A stretch of 64,000 nt of DNA, from NCBI GenBank assembly GCA_963848295.1, contig CAWKDB010000010.1, positions 1,888,001-1,952,000 of the forward strand, in the 5' to 3' direction. Position 1 is the first letter of the stretch. Every line of letters begins with the position of its first letter. Positions 51,964-61,777 of the stretch are shown here, piece after piece. Made by a program: the position numbers and the translations under genes. Origin of the DNA: an uncultured delta proteobacterium (GTDB taxonomy: Bacteria; Myxococcota_A; Polyangia; Haliangiales; Haliangiaceae). The notes beneath the pieces are model-generated. The model saw nothing but the letters and a program-made list of their open reading frames with translations. It was not told where the DNA came from and searched no databases.

Positions 51964-52785
51964 CTACCGCACGAATTCGAGCAAGGCCTTGTTGACCTCG
52001 GTCGCGTGAGTCCAGATGCAGCCGTGCGGCGCGTTCTTGATGAGGTGCAAGTGCGCGTGCTTCACGAACTGCGGCATCCGCTTGCCGCTCGCCTCGGCGG
52101 GGACGATGCGGTCGGAGTCGCCGTGGATGACGAGCGTCGGCGCGGTGATCGTCTTGACGTCCGGCCGGAAGTCCTCCAACCACGCGTCGACGCACTTCAG
52201 CATCGCGCCGTACGACGAGCCCGCGGCGACGTTGAACGAAGCTCCGAGCGCGGCGTCGCTGATCTTCGTCTGGTCCTTGTTGTAGAAGTTGGCGAAGAAC
52301 TCGCCCAGAAACTCGAAGCGATCGTGCTCGATACCCTGCTTGATGCCTTCGAACACCGAAGGATCGACGCCGTCTGGGTTGTTGCCGTCTTTGCGCAGCG
52401 CCGGCGCGATCGACGAGACGAACGCGCACTTCGCGACGCCCTTGCCGTTGTACTTGCTCATGTAGCGAGCGACTTCGCCACCGCCCATCGAGAACCCGAC
52501 GAGCGCGAGGTCGCGCAAACCGAGCGTGTCGATGACCTTCGCGGTGTCGCCGGCGAGGGTGTCGTAGTCGTAGCCCGCTGCGGGCGCCGAGCTGCGACCG
52601 AAGCCACGACGGTCGTACGTGATCACGCGGAAGCCCGCCGCCAGCAACATCGAGGATTGCCGCTCCCACGAGCTGCCGTTCAACGGCCAACCGTGAACGA
52701 GCAGCACCGGTTTTCCGGAGCCGCGGTCTTCGTAATACAGTTGGATATCCGCGCTGTTTTCTTTTCCGACGGTGATGAATGCCAT
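51964..52785 (-). CDS. Alpha/beta hydrolase, non-heme haloperoxidase/arylesterase family
   Basis: HGWPL, YDRRGFGRS, GFSMGGG, HGDSDRIVP, APHG. Confidence 0.92.
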   Translation of the reverse strand: MAFITVGKENSADIQLYYEDRGSGKPVLLVHGWPLNGSSWERQSSMLLAAGFRVITYDRRGFGRSSAPAAGYDYDTLAGDTAKVIDTLGLRDLALVGFSMGGGEVARYMSKYNGKGVAKCAFVSSIAPALRKDGNNPDGVDPSVFEGIKQGIEHDRFEFLGEFFANFYNKDQTKISDAALGASFNVAAGSSYGAMLKCVDAWLEDFRPDVKTITAPTLVIHGDSDRIVPAEASGKRMPQFVKHAHLHLIKNAPHGCIWTHATEVNKALLEFVR

Positions 52786-52828
52786 GCGCGCAGCATGCCT
52801 CCCGATCCGCGCAGGTTCTCGTTCACGC

Positions 52829-52844
52829 GCGCGAAATTTCGCGC
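52829..52844. promoter_or_regulatory. Perfect 16-bp palindrome between divergent genes (candidate operator)
   Basis: GCGCGAAATTTCGCGC. Confidence 0.4.
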
Positions 52845-52969
52845 TCCGGAGTGCGCGACATGAGCTCGCCGCCGCTCACTCTTCGAGCAACGCAACCAAC
52901 GACGCGGCTCCACCCGCATCGGGCTCACCGTCCCCGACCGCGCTACCATCGGGTAGTGGAGCCTCCGGT

Positions 52970-54946
52970 ATGAGCGTACCGATCTTACTGGTCACGATGC
53001 CTTGGGGGTCGGTCCGATTCCCGTCGATCCAGCTCGGGACACTCAAGTCGGTACTGCAGCGCGGAGGTCTCGAGGCGCGAGTGCTGTACTTGAATCTCAA
53101 GTTCGCCGAGTTCATCTCCGAACAAGGAGCGAAGGCGGCGAGCACATCGGACGAGGACCGGATCTCGATCAAAGAGCTGCTCCAGCTTGGGGACAACCCG
53201 AGGTTAGGTGACTGGGTCTTTGCGGTCCCGCCGTTCCGCCCAACCAACGATGACGCCGATCGGGACTTCCTCACGCCGCGCGGTGTCCGCGAGCCGGCGG
53301 TCGAAAGGGTCGTCGCGAGCCTCACACGTCTGCGTGCTCTGGCTCCGGCGTTTCTGACTGACTGTCTAGAAGAGATCATCGCGCTGGAACCTCGCGTCAT
53401 CGGGTTTACGACCAGCTTCGGTCAGAACGTCGCGTCGCTCGCATTGGCGCAACTGATCAAAGAACGCTTGCCTGCGACGAGGATCGTGTTCGGTGGGGCG
53501 AACTGCGATGGGCCGATGGGCGTGGCGCTCCACCACAGCTTCCCGTGGGTCGATGTCGTCGTGCGCGGCGAAGCGGAGCGCGTGGTGGTTCCGTTGTTCG
53601 AAGATCTGCTGGCGGGCCGTCCGGTGCGAGATCTGCCCGGCATGTGTCGGCGCGATGAGGGCGTGAGCATCGTCACGCCACAGAGCCACGATCTGGTCAG
53701 CATGGCCGAAGTTCCCGCGCCCGACTACGAGGAGTACTTCGAGGCGCTCGCGGCGAGTCCGCTCCGACACGATCTGCTGAGCGACGTGCGCATCCTCTAC
53801 GAGAGCGCGCGCGGATGTTGGTGGGGCGAGAAGAACCACTGCACGTTCTGCGGGCTCAACGGCTCGTCGATGAAGTTCCGCAGCAAGAGTGCCGACCAGA
53901 CGTATCGAGAGATGGTCGAGCTCGGCCGCCGGCACACAAACCTCCATTTTCAGGTGGTCGACAACATCATCGAGCTGCGCTACCTGGAGGAGCTCCTGCC
54001 TCGGCTACGCGATACCGAGTGGGATTGGAATGTGTTTTACGAAACCAAGGCCAACCTCAAGCGCGATCAGCTGCGCCTGTTTCGCGAAGCGGGAGTTCGC
54101 GACATTCAACCCGGCATCGAGAGCCTGAGCACTCCGATTCTCAGGTTGATGAACAAGGGCGTTACCGCGCTCCAGAACATTCGGCTGTTGAAATGGTGCG
54201 CCGAGCTCGGGATCCACATCGAGTGGAACCTCATCTTTGGCTTCCCCGGGGAAGATCCCGCGGAATACGAAGCGATGGCCGCGCTGATCCCGTCGTTGGT
54301 TCACTTGACTGCGCCCACAGTGACGCCGCTCAACGTCGAACGGTTCAGCCCGTATCACGAGCACCCCGAGCGCTACGGTATCGAGATCCTCGGCGCGGCG
54401 AGACACTACGCGCTCCTCTACCCGCTCCCCGCGGTGCAACTCGCCGAGCTCGCATACGCCTTCGAGTTCCGCTATCTCGATGGCCGCGATCCCCACGCGT
54501 ATGCCGATCCGCTGGTGAGCCAAGTCAACGCGTGGCGGGAAGCGGCCGCGGACGGAACCTTGGCGTACGATGTCGGGCCCGGTTTCGTGGTCATCGATGA
54601 CCATCGCCCGACGGTGGAGTCGGCGCGCTACACGTTTCACGAGCGCGAAGCGCTGATCTATCTGGCGTGCGACGCCGGTGCGACGCCGGCGCAGGTGCAC
54701 GACCTCCTCACGAAGCGCGGCGAACACGAGCTCACGCCAGGAGACATCGCAGAGTTCCTCGACAGCTTGGTCGAGCTCCGTCTGGTCTACCGCGAGCGCG
54801 GCAAGTACCTCTCCCTCGCGACCGCGCGTGACCAGCACCGGGCGCTCAGGCGACTCGGCATCACCGACCTCGACGACGAGCACGATCGCGACGAAGCTGC
54901 AGCGGCAGCTGGTTTGATCCAGCTCAAGCGCGCTGCGAGCCAGTAG
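52970..54946 (+). CDS. B12-dependent radical SAM RiPP C-methyltransferase (rSAM_ocin_1/TIGR03975-like)
   Basis: LVTMPW...PSIQLGTLK; cobalamin domain GFTTSFGQN...FGGANC...GEAE; ESARGCWWGEKNHCTFCGLN (CX7CX2C); VDNI, YETKANL, QPGIESLS; C-terminal wHTH/RRE-like region. Confidence 0.92.
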   Translation: MSVPILLVTMPWGSVRFPSIQLGTLKSVLQRGGLEARVLYLNLKFAEFISEQGAKAASTSDEDRISIKELLQLGDNPRLGDWVFAVPPFRPTNDDADRDFLTPRGVREPAVERVVASLTRLRALAPAFLTDCLEEIIALEPRVIGFTTSFGQNVASLALAQLIKERLPATRIVFGGANCDGPMGVALHHSFPWVDVVVRGEAERVVVPLFEDLLAGRPVRDLPGMCRRDEGVSIVTPQSHDLVSMAEVPAPDYEEYFEALAASPLRHDLLSDVRILYESARGCWWGEKNHCTFCGLNGSSMKFRSKSADQTYREMVELGRRHTNLHFQVVDNIIELRYLEELLPRLRDTEWDWNVFYETKANLKRDQLRLFREAGVRDIQPGIESLSTPILRLMNKGVTALQNIRLLKWCAELGIHIEWNLIFGFPGEDPAEYEAMAALIPSLVHLTAPTVTPLNVERFSPYHEHPERYGIEILGAARHYALLYPLPAVQLAELAYAFEFRYLDGRDPHAYADPLVSQVNAWREAAADGTLAYDVGPGFVVIDDHRPTVESARYTFHEREALIYLACDAGATPAQVHDLLTKRGEHELTPGDIAEFLDSLVELRLVYRERGKYLSLATARDQHRALRRLGITDLDDEHDRDEAAAAAGLIQLKRAASQ

Positions 54947-54988
54947 CGCTTTCCCGCGAGGGTCGAACGGCTCGCGGATCAGTCGTGT

Positions 54989-57900
54989 TTGGGACTCGTG
55001 CGATCGACGTGCGCTATGCCCGGGCGGCGTCCACGGATTCCGTACCGGTGCGCCGTTCGGGTATCGTTGGTCGTGGGCAGCGATACGCGAACCGGATCGG
55101 GTGTTCCGACCGGCGTGCCGGCGAGCTTCGCATCGAGTGCGACCCCCGGTCAGTTGACCGGTCGGGAGCTCGGCGGCTTCACGTTGCGCGAAGTGATCGG
55201 CGCGGGCGGCTACGGCGACGTGTATCTCGCCGTGCAGGAGGCGTTGCATCGCGACGCGATCGTGAAGGTGCTGCGCCAAGAGGCGATGGACGAGATGCGA
55301 GTGCAGCGGTTCCTGCGCGAAGCGCGGCTCGCCTCGCGACTCGACCATCCGTATGCGGCGCACATCTATGCGTTTGGCGCTGAAGACGACGGCGTGTTCT
55401 GGATCGCGATGGAGCACGTGCGCGGGGCGTCACTCCGTGCCGTCCTCGAAGCGCAAGGCCCGATGGTCCTCGAGAGATTCGTGCCGCTGCTCGAACGGAT
55501 CTGCGAGGTCGTCCAGACCGCACACGAGCAAGGGATCATTCACCGCGACCTCAAGCCAGACAACATCATGGTGATCTCGCGGGCGGGGAAGCTCATGCCC
55601 AAGCTGCTCGATTTCGGGATCGCGCGGGCGCTGGGCGAGGAGGCGACGTTGCCGAATGAAGCGGCGAGCGCGGAGGACCTTGCGCGTCCCGTCGAAAAGA
55701 CGACGCAGCGCGGATCCGTGTTGGGATCGCCCCCGTACATGGCGCCGGAGGTGTGGAGGGATGCGCACGGCGTCGGACCTGGCGCGGACCAGTACGCACT
55801 CGGCGCGCTCGCCTACGAGGCCCTGAGTGGCCGGATCGCGTTCGATGGCAGGACCGTGATGGAGGTCGCGCGCGCGCACGCCAAGGGTGTGGTCGCGCCG
55901 CTCGGCGACGGATTTCCTGTCGAGCTCGATAGCGTGATCAGTCGTTCGCTCGCTCGTTCGCCTGCGAATCGGTATGGGAACATGCTCGAGCTTGCTCAGG
56001 CGTTCCGCGACGCCGCCGGGGTCAACGCCGCAGCGGTCGACATCCCCGAGCTCGACCAAGAGCTGCGGGCGCTGTACCTGGCGCGGGCGCCGCAGCCACT
56101 TGCGGACGCGGTCGCAGGCTACGACGCAGCGAAAAATGCGCACCAGGCTCGCGAGTCGTTGCGCGCACTGGTCCGGACCTCCGCGACCTATGTGGGAATC
56201 GTCGCGCTTGCCTGCCGGACACGCGTTGGCAGCGGAGGAGTGGTCGATTCGGAGCATACGCAAACGCTCCTGCGCGAGCTCCGCCGCGACGGACTGACAT
56301 CGAGTGGATGGATCGGGCTCGCCCGCCAGCTGACCGAGCCGTTCGCGCGTCTTCCCGACACGCATCCGATGCCGGAGCTGGTGACCCTGCTGCAGCGCGC
56401 ACGTGGAGTCGATCCGTTCGCCTCGGTGGTCGAGGGCTCGCTGTCGGAGTCGCTGGTCGATCCGTCGCAGGAAGCGGCGAGCCAAGCGATCGCGCGCGAG
56501 CTCCCCAGCGTGATCGGCCTGCTCCGTGCACTCGCGTTCGTCCTCGACTACCAGCTCGTCGTCGCACGCGATGGCTATGCGGAGTCCTGGGCCGGCGCGC
56601 GCGGTGCAGGCGCCCGCCGGCGCGTCCTGCTCGGCCGAGTGGTCTCGCAGGACCATCCAGTGCTCGTGGACAGCGACGGGCACCCACTCGTCTCGCTGTG
56701 GCCGCTGATGCAGCTGAGCATGGCGGTGCCCGGACGTACGGAAGAGCTCTTCATGTTGGCGGGACCGGGCCGACGCGGTGCCCGGCTCGTTTCGAGCCCC
56801 CACGGGTTCGAGCACAGCGATGATGGGCTGTGGGATTGGTTCCGCGAGCAGCTGTTCCGCGCCGAGGATCCGGAGGCGAACGCGACGGCCGTGGAGTCGC
56901 CATACCGCGGGCTGGCGGCATACCGCGCGAGCGACGCGGCGTGGTTCTTCGGTCGCGAGCGCGAGGTCGAGGTCGTGATCAATCGTCTCAAGGTCGAGGC
57001 GTTCGTCGCGGTGGTGGGACCGTCGGGTGTCGGCAAGAGCTCGTTCGTCCACGCCGGCGTCGCGTCTGCCCTGGCGGGCTTTCGAGTGGTGACGACCCGG
57101 CCCCAGCATGCGCCCCTCGAGCAACTCGGAGCAGCGCTCGGCATCCCCAACTTACGCGAGGCGGCGACCGCCGATGTCACCACGGCCGCAGCGCAAATCC
57201 GCGCGCTGGCAACCGAGTCGAACGGCCTGCTCGTCGTGATCGATCAGTTCGAGGAGACGCTCACTCTCGGTAGCTCGCCGGAAGAGCGCGATCTGTTTGC
57301 ACGGGTCCTGCTCGCCGCGACTCGCACGCCAGACCATCCGGTCCGCGTCGTGATCACGTTGCGCGACGACTTCTTAATACGCGCGGAACAGCTGCCCGGC
57401 TTCGACCAGGCGCTCGCCAGAGGACTCCAGCTCCTCGGACCACTGGGCGCGGCCGCACTCGAGCGTGTCGTCGTCGAGCCGGCACGTCGCGCGGGCTTCG
57501 AGTTCGAGGATGCGAACCTGCCGGCGAGGATGGTCGAGGCTGTCGCAGGTACTCCTGCCGCCGTTGCGCTGATCTCGTTCACCGCCACGCGACTGTGGGA
57601 GTTGCGCGATCGTCACTTCCATCAACTGCCAAGGAAAGCCTACGAGGCGATCGGGGGCGTGGCCGGTGCCCTCGCGCTGCACGCCGACGAAACGGTCGAA
57701 GCGATGCCTGCGGGCGAGCGTGCGCTGGTGCGCAAAGCCTTCCGCCATCTGGTGACGTTCGAAGGTACCCGCGCCGTGCTCGGCCGCGATGAGTTGATGC
57801 AGCTGCTCGGCGGCCGGGGGGACGCGGAGAAAGCGCTCGAGGGACTGATCGAGGCCCGGCTCTTGGTGTCGTCGGAGAACGAGGAAGGCGAGGCAGCGGT

Positions 57901-60418
57901 CGAGATCATTCACGAGACGCTGCTCACGGCGTGGCCGCGGCTGGCCGAGTGGCGACGAGAAGATAGCGAAGGCTCGCGGTTCCACGAACAGCTGCGCGCC
58001 GCCGCCAAGCAATGGCACGATCGCGGCCGCCCGCGCGGGGCACTGTGGCGCGGGGACGCCCTCGCCGAATACGAGCTGTGGCGCAAGCGCCACCCCGATA
58101 ACCTCACACCGGTCGAGGCCGCGTTCGGCGGGGCGAGCGTCGCGAGTGAAGCACGGGGGCGCCGGCTCCGTAGGTTGTCGGCAGCGATCGCTCTGGTCAT
58201 CGCCGCGGTGTTCGTCGCGTTCCTCTGGCGCGCAAACCGGATCGAGCATCGGATGCTGCGCGAAGCGACCTTCGATCAGGGCCGGATGATGATGCTCAAC
58301 GGCGATAGCCGCGCCGCGCTGCCCTATCTGCAGCATGCGTACGAACAAGGCGAGACCGGCCCGGCGAATCGCTTGCTGATCGAGGAGGCTCTTCGATCGG
58401 GACGCGCACGCATCGCGACCTTTGCCGGGCACACCGGCCGACTGCGGGCGGTTGCGTTCAGTCCCGATGGTACGGAGGTCGGGACGGCGAGCGACGACGG
58501 TACCGCCCGGGTCTGGAACAGCAAGACCGGGGCCCTGATCGATACGATCGCTCTGTCGGGCGTCGTCCGAGCGCTCGCGTTCAGTCCCGATGGCAAGATC
58601 GTCGCCTGCGGAGGCGACGAAGCAGCAGTCCACCTTTGGGACCTCGAGCAACACCGCGAGCTCGCCCCGCTCGCGGGAGCCGGGCCGGCGGTTCTCCAAC
58701 TGTCGTTCAGCGGCGACGGCCATCTCATCCTGGTCGTCGGCGCCGGCCGAATCAAGACGATGTCGCTAATCGGAGGCGCGGTCGTCGATTTCGGCCCAGT
58801 GGAGGGTTTTGCCGGCGCGGTCTTTGCGAACCACGACGCGACCATCGCGGGCTGGGATTCTGCCGGACACGTCGGGCTGTGGGACACGCGCTCGCGGCAG
58901 CCGATCGCTAGCCACGTTGCCGCGGTCGGTGATGGTGTAGGCGCCGCCGCCCCCGACGGATCCTTCGTTGCAGTGGCGACAAAGACCGGGCAGCTCGACG
59001 TGCTCCGTGCCGACGGAACCATCACCGCGATCACCGCGCACGATCAGACCATCATCTCGGTGGCGGTTTCGCCTTCAGGTTCGCTCGTAGCAACCGGCAG
59101 CGCGGATGGCACCGCCAAGACCTGGGACCTCGCGGGCCGGCCAGCTCGCGTCTTCGGTTGGGGAGGTGGTCCCGCGATCAACGTCGTGCGATTCTCACCG
59201 AACGGCGAATTGCTGTTGACGGCCTGCGCAGACGGCTCCGCGCGGCTCTGGCAGGTGCGGAGCGGGCTTTTGCTCGGCGAGCTGTCCGGCCATTCCACCG
59301 CGATCTTTGCCGCGGCGTTTTCTACGACAGGCGATCGTATCGTCACCGGCTCGCTCGATTCGCGCGCGATCGCGTGGGATGTCGCGAAGGCCCGCGAGTT
59401 TGTGTCGCTCCCGATCGGAGGGGTCACCTCGATCGCGTTTGTTTCACAGACGGCGTTCAGCCGAGATGGGCGGTTCGTCGCCGTGGCAACCGCCGATCGA
59501 TCGCTCGCGGTCCTACGGTCGGTGGACGGAGCCCTCGTGTGCAGCCACGCGTTCGACAAGCCGATCGATCAGATCGCGTGGGGGCCAGATGGCGCGACCA
59601 TCGTGACGGTGTTCGACTCGGACCTGATCATTCCCGTCTGGGATGCGCGCACTTGTACGGTCGTGCATCAGTTGAGACATCCTCGGCCCGCCTCGTGTGT
59701 CGCGTTTGCTCCGAACGGGGAGATCGTCAGCGGCTCCGATGACGGCATCCTCCGGCGCTGGGACATCGCCGGCGAACGCGTAGTGGCGAGTTACCCTCCC
59801 CTTCCCGGTCGAATCGACCTCGTCGGCTTCGATCCCGCCGAAGCGCAGATCTGGGCGACAACATCGAGCGAAACAGGCGGTGCCCTCACCCTCTTGGATC
59901 CCGCTCACCCGGTCAACCGACGGGTGCTCGCGGCGTCGAATCAATCGCTCTCCGCGGTAACGTTCGATCCAGCACACCATCGCATCCTCGCGTCGGCGCT
60001 CGATCAGCGCGTGTGGATCTGGGATGATCGCAGCGGGGCGTTGATCACCAAGCTCGACGCGAGCGGGGTTCTGGCGGGACTAGAGATGAGCCCGGATGGA
60101 CGTTTCCTCGTGGGCATCGGCGGGACCTCGCCCACGGTCTGGGATCCGGACACGCTGGCCGAGCTAGGCACTCTCGACGGTCACACCGATGTCGTCGGCC
60201 AGGGTGGCTTCCTACCGGGCGATCTGCTCGTGACCGCAAGCCGCGACGGTAGCGTCCGGGTCTGGGACCTAGCGACCCGGCGCTCGCTCTTGATACTGCA
60301 CGGCGCAGACGAGATGGCGCTCAGCCCCCAAGGTGCCGTGATCCTTGCCGACGGAGCAGGCGTGCGGGAGTGGTTTCCGAGCATGCCCACACCGGAGCTC
60401 GGTACGATGATGAAGTGA
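54989..60418 (+). CDS. Ser/Thr kinase - STAND (nSTAND1-like) NTPase - TM - WD40 repeat protein (start uncertain, maybe about 55115)
   Basis: GAGGYG, HRDLKPDN, DFG, YMAPE; PYRGL...FFGRE, GPSGVGKSS, IDQFEE; TM helix; many GH...WD repeats. Confidence 0.92.
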   Translation: MGLVRSTCAMPGRRPRIPYRCAVRVSLVVGSDTRTGSGVPTGVPASFASSATPGQLTGRELGGFTLREVIGAGGYGDVYLAVQEALHRDAIVKVLRQEAMDEMRVQRFLREARLASRLDHPYAAHIYAFGAEDDGVFWIAMEHVRGASLRAVLEAQGPMVLERFVPLLERICEVVQTAHEQGIIHRDLKPDNIMVISRAGKLMPKLLDFGIARALGEEATLPNEAASAEDLARPVEKTTQRGSVLGSPPYMAPEVWRDAHGVGPGADQYALGALAYEALSGRIAFDGRTVMEVARAHAKGVVAPLGDGFPVELDSVISRSLARSPANRYGNMLELAQAFRDAAGVNAAAVDIPELDQELRALYLARAPQPLADAVAGYDAAKNAHQARESLRALVRTSATYVGIVALACRTRVGSGGVVDSEHTQTLLRELRRDGLTSSGWIGLARQLTEPFARLPDTHPMPELVTLLQRARGVDPFASVVEGSLSESLVDPSQEAASQAIARELPSVIGLLRALAFVLDYQLVVARDGYAESWAGARGAGARRRVLLGRVVSQDHPVLVDSDGHPLVSLWPLMQLSMAVPGRTEELFMLAGPGRRGARLVSSPHGFEHSDDGLWDWFREQLFRAEDPEANATAVESPYRGLAAYRASDAAWFFGREREVEVVINRLKVEAFVAVVGPSGVGKSSFVHAGVASALAGFRVVTTRPQHAPLEQLGAALGIPNLREAATADVTTAAAQIRALATESNGLLVVIDQFEETLTLGSSPEERDLFARVLLAATRTPDHPVRVVITLRDDFLIRAEQLPGFDQALARGLQLLGPLGAAALERVVVEPARRAGFEFEDANLPARMVEAVAGTPAAVALISFTATRLWELRDRHFHQLPRKAYEAIGGVAGALALHADETVEAMPAGERALVRKAFRHLVTFEGTRAVLGRDELMQLLGGRGDAEKALEGLIEARLLVSSENEEGEAAVEIIHETLLTAWPRLAEWRREDSEGSRFHEQLRAAAKQWHDRGRPRGALWRGDALAEYELWRKRHPDNLTPVEAAFGGASVASEARGRRLRRLSAAIALVIAAVFVAFLWRANRIEHRMLREATFDQGRMMMLNGDSRAALPYLQHAYEQGETGPANRLLIEEALRSGRARIATFAGHTGRLRAVAFSPDGTEVGTASDDGTARVWNSKTGALIDTIALSGVVRALAFSPDGKIVACGGDEAAVHLWDLEQHRELAPLAGAGPAVLQLSFSGDGHLILVVGAGRIKTMSLIGGAVVDFGPVEGFAGAVFANHDATIAGWDSAGHVGLWDTRSRQPIASHVAAVGDGVGAAAPDGSFVAVATKTGQLDVLRADGTITAITAHDQTIISVAVSPSGSLVATGSADGTAKTWDLAGRPARVFGWGGGPAINVVRFSPNGELLLTACADGSARLWQVRSGLLLGELSGHSTAIFAAAFSTTGDRIVTGSLDSRAIAWDVAKAREFVSLPIGGVTSIAFVSQTAFSRDGRFVAVATADRSLAVLRSVDGALVCSHAFDKPIDQIAWGPDGATIVTVFDSDLIIPVWDARTCTVVHQLRHPRPASCVAFAPNGEIVSGSDDGILRRWDIAGERVVASYPPLPGRIDLVGFDPAEAQIWATTSSETGGALTLLDPAHPVNRRVLAASNQSLSAVTFDPAHHRILASALDQRVWIWDDRSGALITKLDASGVLAGLEMSPDGRFLVGIGGTSPTVWDPDTLAELGTLDGHTDVVGQGGFLPGDLLVTASRDGSVRVWDLATRRSLLILHGADEMALSPQGAVILADGAGVREWFPSMPTPELGTMMK

Positions 60419-60463
60419 ATCATCCCCCGATCTCATACATGTATAATATCATTACGTTTTCCA

Positions 60464-60492
60464 TTGAGATCGACACCGCGTCCGGGTACTTT
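60464..60492 (+). promoter_or_regulatory. sigma70-like promoter of the precursor peptide
   Basis: TTGAGA-N17-TACTTT ending 7 nt before ATG 60500, in an AT-rich gap; an alternative TATAAT at 60442-60447. Confidence 0.5.
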
Positions 60493-60499
60493 GGTAACC

Positions 60500-60640
60500 A
60501 TGAACAAGACCAAGAAGCCCACCAAGAAACAGGCGAAGCTTCAGGTTCTAAAAGTCGCGGTTCGGAGCCTCAGCGTGAAAGAGCTCAAGGACGCGGTGGG
60601 CGGAATCGCCGTCCACAATGCTGGGTGCGCGTTCACCTAG
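60500..60640 (+). CDS. Putative RiPP precursor peptide (46 aa, double-glycine leader)
   Basis: MNKTKKPTKKQAKLQVLKVAVRSLSVKELKDAVGG-IAVHNAGCAFT*; below the ORF-track size cut-off. Confidence 0.85.
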   Translation: MNKTKKPTKKQAKLQVLKVAVRSLSVKELKDAVGGIAVHNAGCAFT

Positions 60641-61758
60641 CCGAGTCGTCGGAACGAGAAGGCGGCCCAGCGGAACGTCCCCATCCAGGCGCGCGCGTTG
60701 CTTTTTGCGAAGCGCCTCTCCAGAGCGCGCCACATGCGCGCCGGATCCTCCCAGCCGGGTGAGGCCGCCGCTTTCAAGTGTTCCTGAGAAAGGAACGCTT
60801 TCGCGAACGGGATGCCGATCGACCGGCGCTCGTCGAGCTCGCAGCTCGCGAGATGTCGGACCGGGCACCCGAGCGCCGTCAGCCGCGTCTCGAGAGAGCG
60901 CGCGTGAGCCGCGGCGTCGAGACGCCCGCGCGTATTCAGCAACCGCGCCAGCGGATGTCGCCTCGGCACCGTGAGCCATCCGTCGATGATGACGAGATAG
61001 CCGCCCTGCTCGAGGACGGAGTAGATCCCTCGTGCCGCGCGCCCCGGGTCGAGCCAGTGGAGGGCGAGCGAGATCGTGACGACGTCGTAGTGCTCGGTGT
61101 GAAATGGCAGCCGGTTGCAGTTGTCATGCAGATAACGCACGCGCACACCACGCTGTGCCGCGTCCCCCGCAGCGATCCTCAGGAATGGCTCGGAGACGTC
61201 CATCCCCGTAACGTGAGACGAGATCTCTGCTAGCTGATTTGCCAAGGCTCCAGTTCCGGTCGCGAGATCGAGGACTCGCGTTGGTTTTCGGATCCTGGCC
61301 GCGCGAGCAACCCAACGCGCGATCGCGGGCGGAATCGTCCGGTGCTCGCGATAGTCGTCGGCCATGTCCGCCCCGTACATCGCGCGAGCATCGCCGACTC
61401 GAACGAGGATCTGGTGGCGCTCGAGCCCGCTCACCAGCTGATATGCGATCCGCTGGTGCTCGGCCGTGCGCGCGAGCCCGTTGACGCGAAGAAATGCAGC
61501 GATCGCCTCGCGGACAGATGTCCCGGTTCCGCTGAAGCAGCCGAGCAGCACGCGATGGGGTTCGGTCAGATTCACCGCGCGGTTGTACGGATGCGTGAGC
61601 GACGTGACGTATGGCTTGCCGTCGAAGTCGACTTCGAGCGCGAAGTGCGGCGATGGTTTGAGTACATCGTCGAACGCGGCATCTTTGCCCATTGAAGCGA
61701 TCCTACGTGACCCCGCGGACTTGATCGACGGCTCGGCGTGAACGTGGGGCTTCCTCAT
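60637..61758 (-). CDS. Class I SAM-dependent methyltransferase with RRE/wHTH-like N-terminal domain (start 61758 or 61692)
   Basis: VLDLATGTG, GMDVSEPFL, YDVVTISLALHW; N-terminal beta-strand plus helix module ending LVSGLERHQILV. Confidence 0.85.
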   Translation of the reverse strand: MRKPHVHAEPSIKSAGSRRIASMGKDAAFDDVLKPSPHFALEVDFDGKPYVTSLTHPYNRAVNLTEPHRVLLGCFSGTGTSVREAIAAFLRVNGLARTAEHQRIAYQLVSGLERHQILVRVGDARAMYGADMADDYREHRTIPPAIARWVARAARIRKPTRVLDLATGTGALANQLAEISSHVTGMDVSEPFLRIAAGDAAQRGVRVRYLHDNCNRLPFHTEHYDVVTISLALHWLDPGRAARGIYSVLEQGGYLVIIDGWLTVPRRHPLARLLNTRGRLDAAAHARSLETRLTALGCPVRHLASCELDERRSIGIPFAKAFLSQEHLKAAASPGWEDPARMWRALERRFAKSNARAWMGTFRWAAFSFRRLG

Positions 61759-61777
61759 CGCGTACCATGGTCGGGCT

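Noticed and set aside
47753..52785. EmrAB pump, beta-helix protein and hydrolase as members of the RiPP cluster
   Set aside because: These are generic families with no leader-binding features, and emrAB carries the island-type sigma54-like motif. Only proximity links them to the cluster.
54989..60418. Kinase as a class III/IV lanthipeptide synthetase
   Set aside because: No N-terminal lyase or LanC-like cyclase domain. The architecture is kinase-STAND-WD40.
54989..60418. Avs-type antiphage STAND system
   Set aside because: No nuclease, SIR2 or TIR effector and no TPR sensor, and no recognisable defence genes nearby. A defence role is not excluded but is unsupported.
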